Shown here piece by piece: positions 10,660 through 19,300 of a stretch of 64,000 nucleotides of DNA. This DNA comes from Chthoniobacteraceae bacterium. GTDB lineage: Bacteria > Verrucomicrobiota > Verrucomicrobiia > Chthoniobacterales > Chthoniobacteraceae. Where the stretch lies: positions 1 through 64,000 of the forward strand of contig JANNXQ010000099.1 of assembly GCA_031409655.1 (NCBI GenBank), given 5' to 3'. Numbering within the stretch: position 1 is the first letter of the stretch; every line of letters starts with the position of its first letter. Under the pieces are notes generated by a model, which was given only the letters and a program-made list of their open reading frames with translations, made no database searches and had not been told where the DNA came from. The position numbers and the translations under genes were made by a program.

Positions 10660-10737
10660 CGGCGCGCAATTCCGGGCGCATCGGGCGCAAGGCGGCGGAA
10701 GCGGCGGGCGCGCTCACCAGTCAAGGTGCGCGGCGTC

Positions 10738-11664
10738 ATGCACTACACCAACTTCTCTTCCCGCTCGCGCATCCCACGACCCGCGGGAGTGGCGCGTCCA
10801 CGGTCTTCTCGATCGAGACCGACAAGCGCGGAACGCAAGACTGTCCTGCCCGGGAAAAAATGCGCGTTCTCGCTCATCGAGCTGCTCGTCGTCGTCGCGA
10901 TCATCGGCATCCTCGCCGCGATCCTCGTCCCGGTTGCGGGCCGGATGGCGCGGAAGGCTGGCAGCATCAAGGAAGTGAACGCGGGCCGGCAGATCATGAT
11001 GGCCTACGCCGCTTACGCGACCAACAACAACGGCGAGTTGCTCAAAGGTTACGACAAGAACGCGAGCGAAGTGGCCATGCCGGATGGCACCAGCGTCTCC
11101 GGCATCATGTGCGCGCGCTATCCGTGGCGGCTCGCGCCTTACATCGGCACGGCGATGGACGACATCTTCCTGATCAATGAGACGCGCAAAAAGACCGACG
11201 CGCTGCGGCACGATTCGCCGGACTATCAGTATCTCGCGAGCCTCTACCCCGCCCTCGGCATCAATGGTTACTGCGTCGGGGGCTACGACGATGGCTCGGG
11301 CAGCGGCACGTTTTCGTCCGACGTGGTCACGCGGCTCGCCGGAGCTTCGCGTTCCTCGCGGCTCATCGTCTTTTCCTCGGCGCGCTCCACCGACTCCTCG
11401 AGCGGGGGTAAAAATGCCGCGACTCCCGGCTTCCACATAGTCTCGCCGCCGATCCTCTGGCGCACGAAATGGACGCCGCGTTTTGATCCGAAAAAGCCGG
11501 CGTCGAGCTACGGCAATGTGGATCTGCGCTGGGACGGGAAAGCGGTCTGCGCCTTCCTCGATGGGCACGTCGAGATGCTTGGCGAGCCAGAGGTCGCGGA
11601 CATGCGCCGGTGGTCGAACACCGCCGCCGAGACCGACAACCCGACCTTCGCCGTGCCGCGCTGA
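10738..11664 (+). CDS. Prepilin-type N-terminal cleavage/methylation protein with H-X9-DG-like C-terminus
   Basis: AFSLIELLVVVAIIGILAAILVP type IV pilin leader; C-terminal DLRWDGKAVCAFLDGHVE. Start uncertain. Confidence 0.88.
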   Translation: MHYTNFSSRSRIPRPAGVARPRSSRSRPTSAERKTVLPGKKCAFSLIELLVVVAIIGILAAILVPVAGRMARKAGSIKEVNAGRQIMMAYAAYATNNNGELLKGYDKNASEVAMPDGTSVSGIMCARYPWRLAPYIGTAMDDIFLINETRKKTDALRHDSPDYQYLASLYPALGINGYCVGGYDDGSGSGTFSSDVVTRLAGASRSSRLIVFSSARSTDSSSGGKNAATPGFHIVSPPILWRTKWTPRFDPKKPASSYGNVDLRWDGKAVCAFLDGHVEMLGEPEVADMRRWSNTAAETDNPTFAVPR

Positions 11665-11669
11665 CTTCT

Positions 11670-13439
11670 ATGAAAAGCAACCTCCTCCTCCTTCTGGCAG
11701 CCAGTCTCGCCAGCGCCGCGCACCTCCATGCGCAGACCTTCTTCACCGCGACGCCGCGCTATCTCACGCCTTCGTGGCGGGGCACGGCGGGCACGGAGTT
11801 TTCCCATTGGGACGTGCTCTACTCGTCCTACGGCGATCCGCTCACGCCCGGCGACGGCTTGAACTATCCCGACTTCGCCGCGCCCAATGGCACCGGCGAT
11901 TTCGCCAGCGCCACGCCCGGCGCGATCGTCCCGGCCAATGCCAGCCCCGGCGATCCCTTCGCCTTCTGGCACACCGCGAATCCCACGCTGCGCCAGACGG
12001 GCACGAGTTCCGGCTTCATCGTCGGTCCCGGCACGGCCGGCAATCTCTACAGCTTCGCCGCGGCCACCCGTTACGAGATTGCCGACGCCACGCCTTTCAC
12101 CGCGGGCACCGTCGTCCTCCAGTGGCAGGCCGACGGGCAGCTCCTCGACTTCTCGACGCTCAAGCTCGTCGCGGGCGGCAACGAGTACGCGCCCACGAAT
12201 TTCGTCACGGAATACAAATCGAGCGGCTCGTCCTTTGGCGGCGTGACCAATCGCGCCGCAGCGCAGTGGGATCTCACCGGGCTCGGCATCACCGGCTACA
12301 CGCTGAAGATCGACGCGAACGGCAGCAGCAACAGCTTCCAGGAAGCGCGGCTCGACACCGCGCCCACCTATGTCGAGGCCGTGCCGAGTGCGCGTGCCCG
12401 CAGTGCGGCGAGCGGCCTCTGGAGTGAAAGCGCGAGTTGGGCGCCCGCGCTCGCGCCTTCCATCGGCGGCAATATCGCGATCACCACCGGCAGCGCGCTG
12501 ACGATCGACGGCGGGGTGCGCGAGATCGGCGAACTGCAACTCAGCGCGACCGGGAGCTACACCTTCGGCGCGAGTGGTGGCGGGGTTTTGAAAATCAACA
12601 GCGGCATCACTGCGACGCCGTCGAGCGCGACGACCTACGCCTTCAACACGCCAGTGCAATTCGGCAGCTACAACCTCACGATGCTGAACGCGCAGACGAC
12701 CGTCGCGTTTCAGGGCGGGGTCAGCGGCTCGGCGGGGATGTTCGTCGGCGGGGCAGGGCGCGTGATCTTCGAGGGCGCGAATACTTTCACCGGTCCGCTC
12801 TCCGTGGATGCCGACGCGACGGTGCTCGTGCATGGTTCGCTGAGCGGCAGCGGCGCGGTCACGCTGCTCGGTGGCACGCTGGGCGGCACGGGGACGATCA
12901 ATCGTCCGCTCACCCTTGACGGTGGCGACACTCTCGCGCCCGGGGCCAGCGTCGGCACGCTCACCACCGGCGCGCAGACTTGGGCCGCGGGCGGCAGGCT
13001 CGCGCTGGAGTTGCAAAACCCCAACGGCGTCGCCGGCACCGGCTGGGATTTGGTGAATATCAACGGCGCGCTTTCCATCACCGCGGACAGCGCCGGGCGC
13101 TTCACCCTCGCGCTTAGCACGCTGACTACTGGCGGCGTTCCGGGCGCGCTCGGTGGCTTCGATAGCGCGAATCCCTACGTCTGGAAATTCGCCGCGAGCA
13201 GTGGCGCGGGCGCGGCCATCAATAGCTTTGCCCCCACGGATTTTCTGATCGCCGCGAGCGGCTTCCAGAATGCACTCGGCGGCGGCAGCTTCAGCGTCAC
13301 GCGCACGGGCAACGATCTCGCGTTGCAATTCACCCCCGTGCCCGAGCCGCAGACTGGCGTGCTCGCCATCCTCGGTCTCGCGGCCTTTGCCGTGTGGCGC
13401 AATCGCACTGTGATCGCCGGTCACGATGTCCGCGACTGA
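11670..13439 (+). CDS. Secreted PEP-CTERM protein with autotransporter-associated beta-strand region
   Basis: Signal peptide MKSNLLLLLAASLASAAHLHA; G/T/S-rich; GAGRVIFEGANTFTG repeat, LGGTGTI...LAPGASVGTLT; C-terminal VPEP + hydrophobic helix + RNR. Confidence 0.9.
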   Translation: MKSNLLLLLAASLASAAHLHAQTFFTATPRYLTPSWRGTAGTEFSHWDVLYSSYGDPLTPGDGLNYPDFAAPNGTGDFASATPGAIVPANASPGDPFAFWHTANPTLRQTGTSSGFIVGPGTAGNLYSFAAATRYEIADATPFTAGTVVLQWQADGQLLDFSTLKLVAGGNEYAPTNFVTEYKSSGSSFGGVTNRAAAQWDLTGLGITGYTLKIDANGSSNSFQEARLDTAPTYVEAVPSARARSAASGLWSESASWAPALAPSIGGNIAITTGSALTIDGGVREIGELQLSATGSYTFGASGGGVLKINSGITATPSSATTYAFNTPVQFGSYNLTMLNAQTTVAFQGGVSGSAGMFVGGAGRVIFEGANTFTGPLSVDADATVLVHGSLSGSGAVTLLGGTLGGTGTINRPLTLDGGDTLAPGASVGTLTTGAQTWAAGGRLALELQNPNGVAGTGWDLVNINGALSITADSAGRFTLALSTLTTGGVPGALGGFDSANPYVWKFAASSGAGAAINSFAPTDFLIAASGFQNALGGGSFSVTRTGNDLALQFTPVPEPQTGVLAILGLAAFAVWRNRTVIAGHDVRD

Positions 13440-13460
13440 ACCGTGAGCGTATCCTCTTCC

Positions 13461-15698
13461 ATGCACCGCCTCCTCTTCGTCCTCGCCGCCACGCTCGCGC
13501 TCACCGCGCGGGCCGAACTCCCGCCGCTCCCGCAACCCGCGACCAGCTTCGGCGCCGCCATCTCCGGCGAATGGCTCTACGCCTACGGCGGCAACACCGG
13601 CAAGGCGCACGAATTCAATCGCGAGTGCGTGAAGGGCGACTTCTTCCGGCTAAGGCTGCCCGACGGTGCGGCGTGGGAAAAACTGCCCGGCGGCACCGCG
13701 CTCCTGAGCGTCTCGCTCGTCGCGTATGAGGGGAAAATCATCCGCATCGGCGGGATGAATGCGCGCAATGAAAAGGGCGCGAAGAACGATCTGCATTCGA
13801 CGGATGAAGTCGTGCAGTTCGATCCCGCCACGCAGCAGTGGACCGCGCTCCCTGCGCTGCCCGAGCCGCGCTCGAGTCACGATGCGGTGCTCGTCGGCGA
13901 TACGCTCTACGTCGGCGGCGGCTGGAAACTCGCGGGCGACGATGGCGAAGGCGTCCACGCTGCCTGGCAGCAGACTCTGCTCGCGCTCGATCTGCGCGCG
14001 CTGGAGCGTGGTTGGCGCTCCGTCGCGCAGACCTTCCAGCGTCGCGCGCTCGCCGCCGTCGCCGGTGGGGGAAAGCTGTGGTTTCTCGGTGGCATGGATG
14101 GCGAGGATGAGCCGTCGCGCGCGGTGGATTGGTACGAGCCGGCGACGGGAGCGTGGGGCAAAGGGCCGGACCTGCCCGATGGCTCGATGGCCGGCTTCGG
14201 CATCGCGGGTTGCGCGGCGGGCGGGCGCATCCTCGCGAGTCCGCTCTCGGGAAAAATCTCCGCGCTCAGCGCCAACGGTTCGCAGTGGGAGGAGATCGCG
14301 AAGCTCACCCCCGCGCGCTTTTTCCATCGCCTGCTCCCGCTCGCCGATGGCCGCGTGCTCGCCGTCGGCGGCTCGAATCGCCAGGGCCACGTGCAGACGC
14401 TCGAACTCGTCTCGCTCGACGCGAAGACTGCGCTGCTCCCCATCTCCAGCGGCACCGAACCAGCGCCGATCGCAGCCGCGAAACCACCGAGCGAGCCCAA
14501 CACCGGCGCGCCGTGGCCGCAGTGGCGCGGGCCGAATCGCGACGGCATCTCGACGGAAGCCGGGTGGCGCAAAGACTGGCCCGCAGAAGGACCGAAGGTC
14601 CTGTGGCGGGCGCAGGTGGGAGTCGGGATGAGTAGCAGCGTCGTCGCGGATGGCCGCCTCATCACGCAAGGCAACGATGGCGCGGGAAACGATCACGTCG
14701 TCGCGCTCGACGCCGCGACGGGCGCGGAACTGTGGCGCTTCACCCTCCCGTGCAAGACCGACTCCCACGAAATGCCGATCGTCCCGAGCGGCCCCGGGGC
14801 CACGCCCACCGTCACCGCGGGCCACGTCTTTGCGCTCAGTCGCGAGGGCGATCTGCTCTGCCTCGACGTGAACAATGGCCAGCCCGCGTGGCGGAAAAAT
14901 CTCGTCACCGATCTCGGCGGCAAACGCCCCGTTTATGGCTACGCGCAGAGTCCGCTGATCAGCGGTGGGCGGCTCTTCCTCGATCTCGGCGGCGCGAAAG
15001 ATTCCACCGCCGCACTCGATGCCGCGACCGGCGAAGTGCAGTGGCACGCCGGCAGCGGCGAGGCGGGCTACAGCGCCGCGCGCATTTTCGAACGCGATGG
15101 GCAGCGGCTCGTCGCGATGTTCAAAGGCGAAGCACTCGATGTCTTCGATCCCGCCGATGGCCGCGTGCTCTGGTCGCACCGCATCACCGGGCGCGATTTC
15201 ACGAACGCCGCGACGCCCGCCTTCGTCGGACACCGTGTGCTCGTGACGAATACCAGCGTCGAGATGGCCACCCTGCTCGATTGGGACGCCGGAGCCGCGC
15301 CGAATGTCCGCCCATCGTGGACGCACAAACAGTTCGCGCTCCTCTTCAACAGCGCCATCGCACACGACGGCTGCCTCTTCGGCTTCAACGAAAAGCGCCG
15401 CGGCCATCACGAGTTCACCTGCGTGGATGCGCAGACCGGCGAGACCCGCTGGGTCAGCGACGCCGTCCCCACGAGCACCTTCATCTTTGCCGATGGCCAC
15501 TGGATTTTCCTGACCCGCGAAGGCGAAGTGCTCCTCGCGCCCGCGACGGCGCGCGAACTGAAACCCACCGCACGTTTCAAAGCCCTGGAAGGAAAATGCT
15601 ACGCCACGCCGACGCTCGCCGCCGGCCGCCTCTCCGTCCGCGACAATACCGGCACCCTCGCCGTTTTCGATCTGCGACCAAGCTCGACGGCCCCATGA
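13461..15698 (+). CDS. Secreted Kelch-repeat + PQQ/BamB-like beta-propeller fusion protein
   Basis: Signal peptide; Kelch repeats (LYAYGG, LPEPRSSH..LYVGGG, WFLGG, VLAVGG); Pro-rich linker; WPQWRGPNRDG and ALDAATG.LW PQQ-like repeats. Confidence 0.88.
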   Translation: MHRLLFVLAATLALTARAELPPLPQPATSFGAAISGEWLYAYGGNTGKAHEFNRECVKGDFFRLRLPDGAAWEKLPGGTALLSVSLVAYEGKIIRIGGMNARNEKGAKNDLHSTDEVVQFDPATQQWTALPALPEPRSSHDAVLVGDTLYVGGGWKLAGDDGEGVHAAWQQTLLALDLRALERGWRSVAQTFQRRALAAVAGGGKLWFLGGMDGEDEPSRAVDWYEPATGAWGKGPDLPDGSMAGFGIAGCAAGGRILASPLSGKISALSANGSQWEEIAKLTPARFFHRLLPLADGRVLAVGGSNRQGHVQTLELVSLDAKTALLPISSGTEPAPIAAAKPPSEPNTGAPWPQWRGPNRDGISTEAGWRKDWPAEGPKVLWRAQVGVGMSSSVVADGRLITQGNDGAGNDHVVALDAATGAELWRFTLPCKTDSHEMPIVPSGPGATPTVTAGHVFALSREGDLLCLDVNNGQPAWRKNLVTDLGGKRPVYGYAQSPLISGGRLFLDLGGAKDSTAALDAATGEVQWHAGSGEAGYSAARIFERDGQRLVAMFKGEALDVFDPADGRVLWSHRITGRDFTNAATPAFVGHRVLVTNTSVEMATLLDWDAGAAPNVRPSWTHKQFALLFNSAIAHDGCLFGFNEKRRGHHEFTCVDAQTGETRWVSDAVPTSTFIFADGHWIFLTREGEVLLAPATARELKPTARFKALEGKCYATPTLAAGRLSVRDNTGTLAVFDLRPSSTAP

Positions 15699-16186
15699 AC
15701 GCCACCTCGGACACGCCGGTCGTGGCCATCTCGGTGACGCGCGAGATCCTGGAATATCGCATCGGCGCGGAGACCCGGCTCGTCGTGAACAGCGCAGAAT
15801 GTTTCCCGCAGGTCATCAAGCAGGCGCTGGCGGATAGCCCGGCCGCGACCTTCCTCGTGGAAGCTGTCGGTGGCTGGGAGACGGGCGTCGTCCGGGCGCT
15901 CCAGATGGCGCGCCTGCCTGTGGCCGTGGTCGAGAGCGGCGAGATCCAGCGGTACTTCGGGCTCGCGGAGCCGGAGAATGTGGACGCCGCGGTCGTGAGT
16001 CTTTACGCCCGGGCGATGTGGGAGACGCTCGGCCCGGCTGAGCGCGTCGAGCGTGTCGTCTCTGGCTACGCGGGGCGTCCACTGGTGAAGGGAAATTGGT
16101 GGACGCGCCTCTTTGGCCAGATGCGCTCCTCGCGACAGCGCCCGGCCGCCCGGTTGGAAGCACGTTTCCCCGCTCAATCCGGATAG
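15695..16186 (+). CDS. Stand-alone 163-aa protein resembling the IS110 transposase N-terminal DEDD (RuvC-like) domain, catalytically degenerate
   Basis: ATGA overlap with the upstream stop; GC-rich third codon positions; VVAISVT / FLVEAVGGWETGVVRALQMARLPVAVV / NVDAAVVSLYA parallel the IS110 motifs VGIDVS / VLEATGGYE..LV.AL..AGLPVAVV / DRIDA.VLA.FA. Confidence 0.7.
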   Translation: MNATSDTPVVAISVTREILEYRIGAETRLVVNSAECFPQVIKQALADSPAATFLVEAVGGWETGVVRALQMARLPVAVVESGEIQRYFGLAEPENVDAAVVSLYARAMWETLGPAERVERVVSGYAGRPLVKGNWWTRLFGQMRSSRQRPAARLEARFPAQSG

Positions 16187-16203
16187 GGAGCATTGGCCAC
16201 CAC

Positions 16204-16279
16204 TGGCGACCCCGCCGCCAATGATGATGGCGTCCGGGTTCACCAGCCAGACGGGATTGGCCAGCGCGCTGCCAATTTC
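16204..16279 (-). pseudogene. 76-bp fragment of the ROK kinase gene (direct repeat of 24647-24722)
   Basis: Manual alignment gives 69/76 identical nt; translates EIGSALANPVWLVNPDAIIIGGGVA versus EIGSALANAVWLVNPDAIIIGGGVA. Confidence 0.92.
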
Positions 16280-16352
16280 CTCGGTCGCGTGGCGCGTGAG
16301 TCGGATTATTCGATGATCCTTTTCCTCGCGGGATTTCGCATGAGCAGGTGAA

Positions 16353-19300
16353 ATGGAAACGCCGATGCCTCCCCCGACGCCACCACCTCGCCGTCCATCC
16401 GGCCCCCCGAAACCGCCCGAGCGACCGCAGCGGGTGGGGGTGCGCGCGGAGGCGACTTTCAACTCCGCGCTGGAGCGGCCGGTGGCAGAGCGTGAGGCGT
16501 TCATCGCGGAGGCTTGCGGTGCGGAAGCGGAGATGCACGCCGAAGTCTGCGCTCTGCTTGCGGCGCATGAGGCCGCGGGGGATTTCCTGAAAACGGACAC
16601 TCCGCTTTCGCCCGAAGCCGAGGAGCAGATGGCGCGGCTCAAGCCCGAGGAGGCGGGCGAGACGATCGGGCCTTACAAATTGCGCGAGCAGATCGGCGAG
16701 GGTGGCTTTGGCACGGTGTGGGTGGCGGATCAGGAGCGGCCGGTGCGGCGGCGCGTGGCGCTGAAGATCATCAAGATGGGGATGGACACGAAGGAGGTGA
16801 TCGCGCGCTTCGAACAGGAGAGGCAGGCGCTGGCGATGATGGATCACCCGAACATCGCGAAGATCCTCGACGCGGGCGTGACCCAGTGGGGGCGGCCGTT
16901 CTTCGTCATGGAGCTCGTGCGCGGGGTGAAGATCACGGAATACTGCGACGAGCAGCAGCTCTCGACGCGGGAGCGTGTCGAGCTGTTCATCACCGTTTGC
17001 CAGGCGGTGCAGCACGCGCACCAGAAAGGGATCATCCATCGCGACCTCAAGCCGTCGAACATCCTCGTGACGATCAACGACGGGAAGGCGGTGCCGAAGG
17101 TGATTGATTTCGGCGTGGCCAAGGCGACGCAGGGGCGGCTTACCGACGCGACGGTCTATACGCAGTTCCAGCAGATGATCGGCACGCCGCTCTACATGTC
17201 GCCCGAGCAGGCGGAGCTGACCTCGCTCGATATCGACACGCGCAGCGACATCTACTCGCTCGGCGTGCTGCTTTACGAATTGCTCACCGGCCACACGCCG
17301 ATCGAGCAGGACACGCTCGCGCGCGTCGGCCTGGATGAAATCCGGCGCCTCATCCGCGAGGTGGACCCGCCGCGGCCTTCGATGCGAATGAAGACGCTCG
17401 CCGGCAACGAACTCACCACGCTGGCGCAGCGTCGCCACACTGAACCCGCGAAGCTGCCCGGCACGATGCGCGGCGACATCGATTGGATCGTGATGAAGTG
17501 CCTGGAGAAAGATCGCGCGCGCCGCTACGACACGGCGAACGGTCTCGCCCTCGATCTCCAGCGGCACCTTAACAATGAGGTGGTCATCGCGCGTCCGCCG
17601 ACCACGGCCTACCTGCTCAGCAAACTCGTCCGGCGCAACAAGCTCGCCTTCGCCGCCGGCGCGGCCATCGCGGCGTCGCTCGTCATCGGCATCGCCGCCA
17701 GCGTGTGGCAGGCGGTGCGGGCGGAGCGCGAAGCGAAGCGCGCCGTCGCCGCGTTCGACGAACTGCGCGCGAGCGCCCCGGCCTTTGCCGAGCAGGCGCG
17801 GGCGCTGGCGACGCGGGAACAGTTCAGCGAGGCCATCGCGAAGCTCGACTACGCGATCAAGCTGCGGCCCGACGTGGCGGAGTATCTGGTGGCGAAAGCC
17901 GACCTGCTCCAGGGCGAGCTCAAGCTCGCGGAAGCCGCCGCTGTTTATCGCGAAGCGCTGCGCGTGAAGCCCGGCCTCGCGCGCGCCGAGGCTTCGGCAA
18001 AACTCTGCGACGAACTGCTCGCGGCGCCGCCGAACGCCGACGGCAAGCTCACCCGCGAAAACCTCGCCAAGCTGCACCTTGCGATGCAGCGGCAGCAGCG
18101 GCCCGCGGCGGAGCTCATGCCCGTGGCGCGACTGCTCGGCGAGGAGAAGAAGCTCCTCGTCGAATACTGGCTCGCGCGGCTCAAGGATCTGCCCGTGTCC
18201 GGTGAGCGGCCGCTTAAGGATCGCCTCACCGTGCGCGACGATGGCCGGCTCGCGCTCGATCTCAGCGACACCAAAGTCACCGACCTCTCGCCGCTCGCCG
18301 GCGCGCCGCTCGCGGCGCTGGACCTTTCGGAATGCAAAGAGCTGACCGACCTCTCCGCCCTGCGCGGTTTTGTTTTGCTCGAACTGAACGTCCGTGGAAC
18401 GAGGGTGGCGGACCTCACTCCGCTGCGGGAGATGCACTCGCTGGAGAAGCTGGAGTTGTCCGACAGCAAGGTGGCCGACCTCGCCGCGCTGAGCGCACTG
18501 CGGCTGAAAAGCCTCAACTTTCGAAACTGTCCGGTCAGCGACCTGACGCCGATCCGGATGATGCGCCTGGAGGAAATCATTCTGCGCGACACGCGCGTGG
18601 CCGACCTCTCGCCGCTCCTTGGCATGCCGATCAAAAGCATCGACCTCGCGTTTGCGCCGGTGCTGGACTTTTCGCCGCTCGCCCAGCTCCCGCTGGAAAA
18701 GTGTTACCTCCAGAGCAATCGGATCACCGACCTGGCGGTCCTGCGCGGCCGGCCGCTGAAGGAACTCGTCCTCTGGGGCTGCAACGCGGCGCGCAATTTC
18801 GCCGTCCTCGCCGAAATGCATTCGCTCGAACTCCTCCTGCTGCCCTCGCAGTATCGTTCCCTGCCGGAAAAGGATTACGAGGCGATTGGTTCGCTGCGCC
18901 GTCTACCAAAACTGCGGCAAATGGGGACGGACTACCTCACTGGCCTGGGCACCGCGGGCAACAATGTGTGGAGAAAGGCAGCGACCGGATCGGCAGACTC
19001 CCGCGGCGCCAACTACGTCGCCACGCCTTCGAAAGAGCTCTTCTGGCAGGATTGGGACCGTGAGCAGGCGTTCCTCCCGGCCCTACGCCAGAGCGGATTC
19101 AACTTCTCGCTCAGCAAGTATCCCAACGGCTTCTACTCCCTGGACATCCGCAGCCAACCGGTGCGGGACCTCTCCTTCCTCAAAGGCGCGCCACTGAGCG
19201 CCCTCTCGCTTTTGAAAACCGAAATCTCCGATCTGACTCCGCTCCGGGGCATGCCGCTCGAATACCTCCACTTGGGATGGAATCCGGTCAGCGATCTCAG

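Noticed and set aside
14732..15694. 5' part of the 484-aa ORF 14732-16186
   Set aside because: Arg/Pro-rich off-frame shadow of the PQQ gene; only the part from ATG 15695 looks coding.
15695..16186. Active IS110 element
   Set aside because: The first catalytic Asp and the whole C-terminal domain are missing, and no element ends were recognised.
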